Shown: one piece after another, positions 12,396 to 24,121 of the stretch
Position numbering within the stretch: position 1 is the stretch's first letter
Layout of the letters: each line of letters begins with the position of its first letter
Assembly (NCBI GenBank): GCA_028023455.1
Contig: JAQFVV010000007.1
Location: 1,302,001 to 1,366,000, forward strand
Direction: 5' to 3'
Length of the DNA stretch: 64,000 nucleotides
Origin: Epiperipatus broadwayi
Taxonomy: Eukaryota > Animalia > Onychophora
Made by a program: the position numbers and the translations under genes
Notes under the pieces: generated by a model
Database searches by the model: none
Told to the model about the DNA's origin: nothing
Seen by the model: only the letters and a program-made list of their open reading frames with translations

Positions 12396-14508
12396 AATTT
12401 ATTCTGTTTTCTTTGATATTCCTTTATTAAAATGCTAGTCAAAAGTAAAAACTAAAGCATTTCTCATTTGTAGTAGTTTTAATTATAGATTTATAATGGA
12501 AAAAGCAAAGTGCCATTTACTTTATAAAGCTCTTCTTTTTTTGCAATTTTTAATGGGTAGAGAACATTTTTTAATATTTATTTGTAGTGCAGATTTTCAC
12601 CATTTATTAATACAAAGAGTGTAAGTTATAAAACGTTTTTCAAAATATATTTAGAAACTAGTTGATTTAAATAGAATGTCATTAAATATTAAAGTAAATT
12701 TGCACTACTATAAAATATTAGATTAGTAAAGTATGTTGGAATTTAGTTGTTTGATTTGAATTGTTTTATTCAATTATTAATCAAATAGATATTTTAAGTA
12801 TACATCATTGTTTAGGACAATGATATGATCTTACTGCTTATTATAGTTTACTTTGGGAATAGTGAATAGATTTGTTGATGTCTGAGGCGATGATCTTGTT
12901 TGCATTACCTCGTTTTAAATGCCATCTGAATAAATTAATTTTAATAGGGATTGTTATCAGTATTTATGGTAGTGTAATGGACAATCTAAATAATTATGTA
13001 TGGGAAATATTGTTAGTGCCTAGTATGATCAATAACTGAGCTAGATAACTTTACACAGGTTCTAACAGTTAATATTTGTTAGAGCATTTTTTCGTGATCT
13101 TTTTTTATTCCTATATAGGGTCAGTGATAAGTGATTGTCTAAAAACCTATAGATCAATTTCTTTTATTTTATGACAGATAATGGCTGAACAAATATAGAG
13201 GTAATGAGGTAAAAAGTCCATTATTATTGTGACCAAGTAGCTACCCAAGTCTAGATGAGGATGATTATGTAAAAGCAGAAATTATTACAAAATTCCAAAT
13301 CAACTTTTCCATACTAAATGGTATCAAGAACGTTTTTCCTCCAGTCTAAAAAACATCTCATCAAAATGCTGCAATTTACGCTTTTTTTATTTAGTTATTA
13401 AATTACTAAATTGACTTTGTTATTACTTTTGTTTTCTTTTCTTTGCATTATTGTTGTCTGTTTAAAAAATAAACACATTGCCATTAGTTTATTTGAAAAC
13501 TTACATTGCATATCAAAATTCCATTTACAGCATGTACTGTGTAATCATGTGCTCCCTAACCACTGGGGGGGGGGGAGGGATTTCCACTTCAAATCTCCAT
13601 TTTATCTGCAAGAAGTCAATTCCAAATTGGTTTTTTTCAACTACACAAGATGATCTATTAGAACCGATAAGTAGCATCTATGTGTAGGTAGTTTTTGAAA
13701 ACTATTTCTACACATTTTTTGAAATTGAATTGTCAAAGCATTGCCGGCATACATGTATATTTCATGTTTTTCCTTTTAAAAATATAGATCTTGGGTTTTA
13801 GTCCTGCAACATGGACCACATATTGCTGTGCCTTTTTCATTCATATTGAACTTTGTAAATGGTTTCCAAAATAACATTACAAAGTTACCAGTGCATTGAT
13901 ACAAATGACAAAAGGTGCAATTCATTGTCCATACTGCAGGAATTAACCCAAGTATCTTGCTTGAATTCCTCTTTAAAATGGCGTATCACAAGTTGAAATT
14001 GGATAAAATTTGAATTTTTTATATAGGTTCATTTTTTTTTCTTTTCTGGTCAGTTTACTAGATTGCACAAAAAAGACAACGGCAAAATTGCCTTATTGGC
14101 CAGACTCGTTACTAAAATGGATTAAATATGCACCGATGATTCGCATTTCAAGGCCTTCACCCTGATAAAAACATAAATAGAATATCGGGTCTTAAGTATT
14201 CAATTTTAATTATTTGAATATTAAATTTTTTAATATTATTTGATAAATGGTATAATTTATTAATGTGTTTGTACTGGTGTGTCTGTGTAGTATATAAATT
14301 ATATATTAAATCATTTATGCTCTTTATTATACAGTATATACATTTGCATTCAAATATAAAAGTGGTTTATGTACAATGTAATTTTGGGGCTCTGATCCAA
14401 GTTTAAGACAACCTTATTTAGAGACAATGATTCTCAAAAGATTTGATAATTCATTAGTGTGTTTGTATTTGCATGTCTGTGTTTGTATAACAAGTAATGA
14501 TTTATATA

Positions 14509-14755
14509 CAGGGTGGCCCAAAAGTAGGTCTACAGTTATCACGTAGACTATTTATTTGAAAATTCGACACTAGAACTCATCAAGTAAAAAGTTAGCTTTA
14601 CATAATAAAATAAATTACAATCAGTAAGGAAAAAGCTGTTTATGTAAGTTAGATTTATACTCTGAGGAATGTTTTATATTGGTATTACTAAGCAAGTAAC
14701 TTCAACCATATAAAAGGTAGTTTAATAACTGTAAACCTACTTTTGGGCCACCCTG
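14509..14755. mobile_element. Tc1/mariner-type MITE, 247 bp
   Basis: 31-bp TIR cagggtggcccaaaagtaggt(c/t)tacagttat with 1 mismatch, and TA on both flanks. Confidence 0.92.
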
Positions 14756-16059
14756 TATAAATTATAGAGCAGTGCAATGTAAATTTTAAGACTGATTTTC
14801 AAATGTACAGAAAAGTTGCAGCTGATAAAGCAATCACAAAATTTACTGGTTATAGTGCCATGTGAAAATATAAACATTTAAAACCAATAAAGAGATTTCA
14901 AATAGTGTGTGTATATACCACATGGAATTGAATGCAGGCAAAGAAATCAAATTCTGATTCTTGCCTATGTCTTGGTACTCATGCTGTGGATTCAGTATTT
15001 TGCCACACATCTATATCTAACAGATGAGCTATATGCAAATAAATTATATCTCTGTAGGACAATAAATATAACAAGATAGCATCACTGATGTGCATAAATA
15101 TAAACATCTCTGGTGTATACAAAAAAAAATGAAGAGATGGAATTCATTTTATCATTGACACAGACAATAGCCTACAATTTCTGGTTTTAGATAGACAAGG
15201 AGCCAATTGCTATGATGACAAATGCATATCCACCTTTTGGAAATGATTTGTTTTGTATCTTTTATTTGGATGAATCTTTCTTATACAGATACCTTGAGAT
15301 TTGTTAACATTTGGAGTAAAAGATAAAAATAAACAATTCTTATGTGACTAGTTTAGGAGATTCTGAAGCCATGGATTATTTCAAGTATTATATATCCTTT
15401 CAATGATAATTTTGTGAGGAATACAAAGATATTATCAATGAAAATGTAATTTAAACTTAATGATAAATTACAAATTATGATCAAACAATAAAGTAATAAT
15501 TATTTCAGATATTGAAATTTCTTTTTTGCTTTATTTTTTTAATGGCAATCACTATTTGCCTTAGTCTTGATTTCCTAGTTTCTATCAATGTAAATTTTTT
15601 GCTCTAACATTATTAAAACAAGTCAGTTTTTTTAAAAATTCAATATGGTGCCAAGGACCATAAACAAGTTAATACTGATTGTTTAGCTTATTACAATAAT
15701 TCATATTCAAATATGCTTTTTTTAGCCTAAATTTGCAATTAGTGAAAGTTTTATATAAAAATTTTAATATTTCTTTAGAAATATTTACAATTTAAATACA
15801 AATTTTTGAATAGTAAGTATTTCATTCCTTCTAAGAACATCCTAGTCTTTCATTTATTAAAATAAATGATATCCATATTTAATTTCTCACAGCCAAAAAG
15901 CACTATTAAAATTATATTAAAGTATATAGGATCAATTACAAGTGTGCATATTTATTTTTGAATAAATTTATGTACAAAAGTAATTTTAAAATATTGATTA
16001 AAAATGTACATGCATATTTGATTCAATCTAAAGCAATAAATTAAGTCTAAATCCTGTAA

Positions 16060-16620
16060 ATCAAGCTTACTCCACTGATTAAAAGAGTCCACTTGTTGAA
16101 AAGTAATACCATCACAACTTTCTCTGCTTCAGAAGCAGTTATCTTCATTCCTTACCAGAATAAACATCTATTATAAGTTTGAATAGTCAATGGCCACTAA
16201 ATGATATGCCACTACATCTACATTTCCAGACAAATTTCTTAATTATGACCTTTGTTATTAACAAATTTGAATCCAATGGTTATGCATCTAGCCACTTTTA
16301 CACTAATGAGGTAATAATCTAAAGTTTAAAAGCATCTTAAGGTTTAAACTTATATCAACTTGCATAGTTAAATAAATTAGACACTACATTAGTCAGGATG
16401 GTACAGTAAAGTCCTGACATACACTGCATCAATATGCACTACTTAAATTATAGACTATCTAATACAAAATGCAAATAAATTAAAAATAAAACATTAAATT
16501 TTGTAATTTATTAATGTTTGTATCACTTATGGTTGGCACAGCATTTTTCCATTTTGAAGCACCCTCATTAAATCTAAAATTTTCAAATATCAAATGTGAA
16601 TTTATTTAGCTGCAGTTTTT
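16060..16620 (-). mobile_element. Possible THAP/P-element-like remnant
   Basis: Minus-strand frame near 16530-16600 reads SHLIFENFRF...KWKNAVPT, resembling the THAP H-F...AVPT signature. The rest is too decayed to confirm. Confidence 0.3.
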
Positions 16621-16739
16621 CCCCCATGATTTAAGGACAATACCATAACTTAAAAGTATGTCACTTTTTCTCTCCAAAACTTTCATTTAGTGTAGAATTT
16701 TGTTCAATAAAATGTTTTGCAAATATAAACCTGATGACA

Positions 16740-17900
16740 AATCTAAGAGAATATGTGAAGTACTTTCATCGAGTGATAAAATGAAAGTTAATGATTTATT
16801 AGTGAAAGGGAATATGTCATAAGCTGGAAATATCCATATATTCCAAAAAAATGCATAATTTATTAGCAAGATAATAAAAAAAAGCAAATTCATGCCAGTT
16901 GTTTACACTCCTGAAATGGTTAAAGTTGTAGCTAAAGAGATAACTTTTTTGATCAAAACAAAAAATACTTTGAATTTGAGAGAAAAATATTCTAATTGAT
17001 AGCCTTAGATTTATCAGGAAGCCTTAAGTTAGTGTAAGGAATTTAGTCAATGGTCTAAAATAGATCATTTCAAGCTACTCACTGGAAATAAAATGTGATT
17101 GTATAGATTCTGAATGTTATTTATCTAAAAAACATTCAAATAACTGGGAGAATATTTGCTGATAGAGATTGCTACTACGATTTATTTAGAATTAAAAGAA
17201 ATTTATTGAAGAAAAAAAGGATTGCCAAAACAAGTATTTAATTCTGATGTTGTTGTAGAACAAAATGCCAATAAAACTACTTTCACAAAATGGCAGAGAC
17301 TAAGATATAGAGATAAAATAACTGATGCTATATAATCCGAAATCACAACTTCAAATTTTATTTAATATAATAATAATGCAGATTATGAAATAAAACTGGA
17401 AGTTATAAATCTAAAAGTCTATCAAAAATTAGAACAAAAATTAACTGTCTGTATTCTGACTACCCACATAATAATAATATGCCTGTGTTATAAACATTTT
17501 ATTGCTTGAATATTTCCGCAATTATTTTATTTCTAAAGTCAAATAAATCTGAGAATAAAGAAATCAACATTAAAAGTCTTTCTGTTCCTAGACAATGCAC
17601 CTGGTCATTCTGAATCTATTCCCTTTGAAAATGAAGATTAAATTTTTGCTTCCAAATACTGTATAGCTTCATCCTCTTAACCAAGGCATTGTTTGATGCA
17701 TCATGACATAAAGTGGCAGTAGATGAATTAAAACCAAAGACTGTAAATGTCTATTGTGAAGTCATTGATAATTTGATGGCTGTACAAAGATTAATGGAAA
17801 AATTTATTCAGATAACAAGATCTCGGGGAAAATGGATTTACTAATATGACTAACAAACAAATTGCAGAGCATATTGAAAACGTCTAACAAACAAAGAGTT
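16740..17900 (+). mobile_element. Tigger/pogo (CENP-B-like DDE_1) transposase remnant; boundaries approximate
   Basis: Frameshifted fragments NIQITGE, GLPKQVFNSD, LFLDNAPGH and FLLPNT..HPLNQGIV. Confidence 0.75.
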
Positions 17901-18785
17901 AATACTTTAGTGTCACCATCAGAAGAAAAAAAATAGCAAAAGTAAAACTTTAAGAGTTCAAGCCTACAAAGAATCTAAAAAATACAGTTAAGGAAAATGA
18001 CAAATGAAATATAACATTATTCTTACATAGAAGAAGATCATGATTTATTACAATTCCTGCAAAACCATTTTCTGGAATTAAAAACAAAAATTCTCATTAG
18101 AATGCTTTTTCAAAAATGTCATCAAAACAAAATAAAGCTCTGTCAACTTTACATGCTTCAAACTACCTGTGTTCTCAGAAAAAGACTTACTTTATCTGTA
18201 TTATTTAGATTTCCAAAAATTTCCCAAACTATAGCTTAGGAAAATATAAGTCTGATAGTTTGCTGTCCATATTTTATTAAAAATAATAATAAAGATATAG
18301 TAAATTTTTATTATTCTCTTGATTGAATCTGAAAGAATAATCACAGCAGATATTATGTAAACATGCTATCTCAATATATTATTAGTAATTACATTACTTT
18401 TTTAAAATTTTATTTATACAGATGATTATCTTATTTCCTATATGAATATTATAAATTATGTAATGGTAACTTTTCCCTTTTATAGTATTTACATATTTAT
18501 ATATAGCTGACAGATAGGTTAAAACCTGGATAGTATATTATTAAAGTTATACACATATATATAATGAGATATAATAATCTATATAATATGAAATCTTCCA
18601 GATATGCATATAAATATTAACAATAAGAAGTTGAAAAGAATTCCAATAATAAAAGTTTTCATATTTTCTATACATTCAATATTCACTCATAAATGATGGA
18701 AATAGTCCAACATATTACATCTTATAATATACCATAATTACAAACCTTCAGACAAATACTAAGTACTCGGTATGGACCCGATGCT

Positions 18786-21120
18786 ATGTTGAAATTTAGA
18801 CATTATGAAAAATTATGTCTAAAACTGGCTAAAGTAGAAAATCATTTAACTTTCTTATGTAAATGTAAATCAGAAGGGATTATCCCTAAGGGTTTGCAGT
18901 TAAAACCTCCTATTTCCTCCAAGAGAGCTGAAAAAATTATTCAGAGAGCAAATGAGGCTTTATTGAGAGAGAGTATAAAGGTTCAGCGGTTTATCAAGCA
19001 TCAAACCTTGCAATCTATTAGAAATGTGGAATCGTTTCTACAAAACAAAGTTACAGATGAAGATTTCTCAAGAATTTGTCAAGCAGTGAACAGATCATAT
19101 TGTAAGTTACATGGAAGGATAAAAGAACTACAGAAGAAGAAGCTTGTAAATCTACATGGGCAAGTCAAAAGTAATACTGCAACTAGTCTATCCTCATCAT
19201 CAGTGAAAAATCTTAGTTCTAAACAACTTACCGATTGTGAATTATCAGTTCTGGAAAAAGGTTTGAATTTCGCCATTACACCATCTACTGTTCCGCTATT
19301 GGATATAATGGCCGCGACTGATGAGGTGACGCAAAATTTGAATCTAGAGGAAGCAGCGGAGTTACGCTGGAGAGTAAAACGAACACTGGAAAGACATCAA
19401 GTGCACAAGCAGAAGTCAAACATTTCATATGATGAGAGGAGAGCTATTAAATCTCTCAAACAGGATGCATCTATAATCATTCTTCCTGCTGACAAAGGTA
19501 ACACTACAGTTGTAATGGATAAAACTGATTATGATAACAAAATTCAAGGACTTCTCACAGCAGGCCAATACAAAAAAGTAGCAAAAAATCCGATTCCAAG
19601 TACAGAGGTAAAACTACAAGCATTACTCCGGAAGCATCGCAGGTATTTCAGTGATTCAGAAAAAAGAAAATTAACTTCGTATTTCAGCAAGATTCCTCAC
19701 CTGTATGGACTGCCTAAAATCCATAAAGAGAATATTCCATTAAGACCTATTGTTAGTTCTAGAAATTCACCCTGTCAAAATTTGTCAAGATTTCTTCTCG
19801 AAGTTCTTAGTCCATTGGCATATAGAACACCATCTTTCGTCAGGGACTCTAAGCACTTTGTAGAATTAGTCAGGAACATGAAAATGGAAGGAACTGACAT
19901 ATTAGTAAGCTTTGATGTGGAGTCTGTTTACAAATGTACCATGTGATGAAGCATTGTCTATTGTAAGGAAAAGGTTATATGGCGATAACAGTCTACAAAG
20001 TAGAACAGTTCTACCTATTGATAGCATAATGGAGTTATTAACATTCTGTGTAACAACAACATACTTTCAATATAACTCAGAATTCTTCCAACAAAATCGA
20101 GGGATGGCCATGGGATCATCACTGTCACCATTGCTCAGCAACATTTACATGGAAGAACTTGAAACAACAGCCATAAATACTACTCCATGTCCGCCTAAAG
20201 TGTGGCTTCGATATGTTGATGATACATTTGTAGTATGGCCACATGGCAAGATAAAATTACAGTCTTTCTGGATGCACATTAACAACATATCTCCTACAAT
20301 TAATTTCACGATGGAAGCAGAACAAGAACAAAAATTGGCATTCTTGGATGTTCTTGTGACAAGACTCCCTCAGGGCAAAGTAAAAACATCAGTATATAGG
20401 AAACCAACACACACTGGAAAATACTTGGCATATACATCCAATCATACAAGAAGCACTAAACAAGGAATTGTACTGTCACTATGGAACAGAGCGAAGGAGG
20501 TTTGTTCAGAAACCAGTGATTTGGAAAAAGAAAAGATTCACATAGAACAAATGCTTATGAAGAATGGTTATCCATCAGCAGTCATCAGAAAAACTTTCAA
20601 TAGACAACAGAAAAAGACACCAAAAGAGGAAACAGTTATTGGTACGGTGGTGTATCCATACATACCAGGAATGGCGGACAAACTAAAAAGAATCTGCAGT
20701 CAATATAATATTAGAACTGCTTTCCAAAGCCATACCACACTTCGAGGAATGCTTACTTCCACTAAGCCTAAACTGGAAATGCTGAAGAACAAAAACTGCA
20801 TCTATGAGATACCATGTGAATGTGAAAGAAAATACATTGGTGAGACCTGTCGGCCTGTTGAACAACGATTGAAGGAACACAAACTAATGGTTAAAAGAGA
20901 AAAAACAGATGTGTCTACCATAACAGATCATGTATGTACTAATGACCACATGCTTAAATGGGAAAATACAAAGATATTGGATAAAGAGGAAAAAATGCAT
21001 AGAAGAAAATTCAAGGAAGCTGCTCATATGACAATGGTAAATAATCCTACAAGTCAACCCAGTGTGGCAATACACAATGTATGGAAGCCTCTAATTAATC
21101 TTGCTCTTAGGAAAAAATAA
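18786..21120 (+). pseudogene. PLE ORF copy 1: reverse transcriptase + GIY-YIG endonuclease, one frameshift in the main ORF
   Basis: Motifs KNLSSKQLT..ELSVLEKGLNF, LYGLPKIHK..IPLRPIVS, GMAMGSSLSP, WLRYVDDTF, FLDVLV and CIYEIPC.C..KYIGET.R...RLKEH. A 2-bp deletion near 19920 relative to copy 2 splits it into 18786-19946 and 19912-21120. An in-frame upstream ATG at 18693 is blocked by TAA at 18735. Confidence 0.95.
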
Positions 21121-21139
21121 AAAAATAATTAACTTGTAT

Positions 21140-21222
21140 AAAAAAAAAATTGAAGGACTCAGGAGGATTTGAACCAACCCTCAAGTATAAATATATCAAA
21201 TTTCTACTATATGTTGCCTTTG
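21140..21222 (-). promoter_or_regulatory. tRNA-like 3' half with perfect Pol III B box followed by a T10 run (second copy about 23876-23967, T19)
   Basis: Minus strand reads gagggttGGTTCAAATCCtcctgagtccttcaa then poly-T; the B box is at 21165-21175 (23910-23920 in copy 2). The D-arm/A box is degenerate (ggcaacatatagtagaaa). Confidence 0.55.
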
Positions 21223-21305
21223 ACAGAATAGCTCAGTTGGTAGAGCGTTTGCCTTAAATTCAATATACAAGAATCTAAAGGTGCGAGTTCAACTTCTAAG
21301 CGAAT
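21222..21305 (+). pseudogene. tRNA-Phe-like remnant in the pLTR (A box intact, T-arm degenerate, 14-nt insert at position 37/38)
   Basis: GACAGAATAGCTCAGTTGGTAGAGCGTTTGCCTTAAA[ttcaatatacaaga]ATCTAAAGGT matches 39 of the first 47 nt of eukaryotic tRNA-Phe(GAA) as recalled from memory. It is followed by B-box-like GAGTTCAAC. Confidence 0.75.
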
Positions 21306-21331
21306 ATTGTCACTGTGCATATAGACCGGCA

Positions 21332-21376
21332 ACACCTGAAGAAGAGTGGAGAATAATACTACTCGAAACGTTGTGT
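21332..21376 (+). ncRNA. Minimal type I hammerhead ribozyme in the PLE pLTR
   Basis: Stem I acac/gtgt, core CTGAAGA plus an extra A, 6-bp stem II gagtgg/ctactc, GAAAC, triplet GTT; palindromic AACGTT in stem III. Confidence 0.85.
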
Positions 21377-21485
21377 AATTACTAACCTGTATTGTCTATT
21401 TGTGTGTTATTACTAACAAGTTGTTTGTATTTGAAAAGTTTAAATAAAGTTTAAAATTTTCTATACATTCAATATTCACTCATAA

Positions 21486-23847
21486 ATGATGGAAATAGTC
21501 CAACATATTACATCTTATAATATACCATCATTACAAATCTTCAGACAAATACTAAGTACTCAGTATGGACCCGATGCTATGTTGTAATTTAGACATTATG
21601 ATAAATTATGTCTAAAACTGGCTAAAGTAGAAATTCATTTAACTTTCTTATGTAAATCAGAAGGGATTATCCCTAAGGGTTTGCAGTTAAAACCTCCTAT
21701 TTCCTCCAAGAGAGCTGAAAAAATTATTCAGAGAGAGTATAAAGGTTCAGCGGTTTATCAAGCATCAAACCTTGCAATCTATTAGAAATGTGGAATCGTT
21801 TCTACAAAACAAAGTTACAGATGAAGATTTCTCAAGAATTTGTCAAGCAGTGAACAGATCATATTGTAAGTTACATGGAAGGATAAAAGAACTACAGAAG
21901 AAGCTTGTAAATCTACATGGGCAAGTCAAAAGTAATACTGCAACTAGTCTATCCTCATCATCAGTGAAAAATCTTAGTTCTAAACAACTTACCGATTGTG
22001 AATTATCAGTTCTGGAAAAAGGTTTGAATTTCGCCATTACACCATCTACTGTTCCGCTATTGGATATAATGGCCGCGACTGATGAGGTGACGCAAAATTT
22101 GAATCTAGAGGAAGCAGCGGAGTTACGCTGGAGAGTGAAACGAACACTGGAAAGACATCAAGTGCACAAGCAGAAGTCAAACATTTCATATGATGAGAGG
22201 AGAGCTATTAAATCTCTCAAACAGGATGCATCTATAATCATTCTTCCTGCTGACAAAGGTAACTCTACAGTTGTAATGGATAAAACTGATTATGATAACA
22301 AAATTCAAGGACTTCTCACAGCAGGCCAATACAAAAAAGTAGCAAAAAATCCGATTCCAAGTACAGAGGTAAAACTACAAGCATTACTCCGGAAGCATCG
22401 CAGGTATTTCAGTGATTCAGAAAAAAGAAAATTAACTTCGTATTTCAGCAAGATTCCTCACCTGTATGGACTGCCTAAAATCCATAAAGAGAATATTCCA
22501 TTAAGACCTATTGTTAGTTCTAGAAATTCACCCTGTCAAAATTTGTCAAGATTTCTTCTCGAAGTTCTTAATCCATTGGCATATAGAACACCATCTTTCG
22601 TCAGGGACTCTAAGCACTTTGTAGAATTAGTCAGGAACATGAAAATGGAAAGAACTGACATATTAGTAAGCTTTGATGTGGAAAGTCTGTTTACAAATGT
22701 ACCATGTGATTGTCTATTGTAAGGAAAAGGTTATATGGCGATAACAGTCTACAAAGTAGAACAGTTCTACCTATTGATAGCATAATGGAGTTATTAACAT
22801 TCTGTGTAACAACAACATACTTTCAATATAACTCAGAATTCTTCCAACAAAATCGAGGGATGGCCATGGGATCATCACTGTCACCATTGCTCAGCAACAT
22901 TTACATGGAAGAACTTGAAACAACAGCCATAAATACTACTCCATGTCCGCCTAAAGTGTGGCTTCGATATGTTGATGATACATTTGTAGTATGGCCACAT
23001 GGCAAGATAAAATTACAGTCTTTCTGGATGCACATTAACAACATATCTCCTACAATTAATTTCACGACGGAAGCAGAACAAGAACAAAAATTGGCATTCT
23101 TGGATGTTCTTGTGACAAGACTCCCTCGGGGCAAAGTAAAAACATCAGTATATAGGAAACCAACACACACTGGAAAATACTTGGCATATACATCCAATCA
23201 TACAAGAAGCACTAAACAAGGAATTGTACTGTCACTATGGAACAGAGCGAAGGTTTGTTCAGAAACCAGTGATTTGGAAAAAGAAAAGATTCACATAGAA
23301 CAAATGCTTATGAAGAATGGTTATCCATCAGCAGTCATCAGAAAAACTTTCAATAGACAACAGAAAAAGACACCAAAAGAGGAAATAGTTATTGGTACGG
23401 TGGTGTATCCATACATACCAGGAATGGCGGACAAACTAAAAATAATCTGCAGTCAATATAATATTAGAACTGCTTTCCAAAGCTTACTTCCACTAAGCCT
23501 AAACTGGAAATGCTGAAGAACAAAAACTGCATCTATGAGATACCATGTGAATGTGGAAGAAAATACATTGGTGAGACCTGTCGGCCTGTTGAACAACGAT
23601 TGAAGGAACACTAATGGTTAAAAGAGAAAAAACAGATGTGTCTACCATAGCAGATCATATATGTACTAATGACCACATGCTTAAATCGGAAAATACAAAG
23701 ATATTGGATAAAGAGGAAAAAATGCATAGAAGAAAATTCAAGGAAGCTGCTCATATGACAATGGTAAATAATCCTATAAGTCAACCCAGTGTGGCAATAC
23801 ACAATGTATGGAAACCTCTAATTAATCTTGCTCTTAGGAAAAAATAA
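21486..23847 (+). pseudogene. PLE ORF copy 2, multiply disrupted
   Basis: Same protein as copy 1, with a nonsense TAA at 21585 and seven short deletions. Confidence 0.95.
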
Positions 23848-23966
23848 AAAATAATAAAAATAATTAGACTTGTATAAAAAAAAAAAAAAAAAAATTGAAG
23901 GACTCAGGAGGATTTGAACCAACCCTCAAGTATAAATATATCAAATTTCTACTATATGTTGCCTTT

Positions 23967-24050
23967 GACAGAATAGCTCAGTTGGTAGAGCGTTTGCCTT
24001 AAATTCAATATACAAGAATCTAAAGGTGCGAGTTCAACTTCTAAGCGAAT
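23967..24050 (+). pseudogene. tRNA-Phe-like remnant, second pLTR copy
   Basis: Identical to 21222-21305. Confidence 0.75.
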
Positions 24051-24076
24051 ATTGTCACTGTGCATATACGCCGGCA

Positions 24077-24121
24077 ACACCTGAAGAAGAGTGGAGAATA
24101 ATACTACTCGAAACGTTGTGT
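24077..24121 (+). ncRNA. Minimal hammerhead ribozyme, second pLTR copy
   Basis: Identical to 21332-21376. Confidence 0.85.

Noticed and set aside
14130-14166. C/D box snoRNA (gatgatt...ctga)
   Set aside because: No proper RUGAUGA C box or terminal stem, and it lies antisense to the probable host gene.
19912-19946. Programmed ribosomal frameshift between the two ORFs of PLE copy 1
   Set aside because: Copy 2 is in frame here (gatgtggaaagtctg), so this is a 2-bp deletion, not a recoding signal.
21222-21305. Functional tRNA gene (Leu-TAA or Phe)
   Set aside because: The acceptor stem and T-stem do not pair and the anticodon stem has two mismatches; kept only as a tRNA-derived remnant.
21378-21420. 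Two TACTAAC branch-point motifs in the pLTR suggesting a Penelope-type intron
   Set aside because: No convincing donor/acceptor pair could be placed; the motif may be chance in AT-rich DNA.
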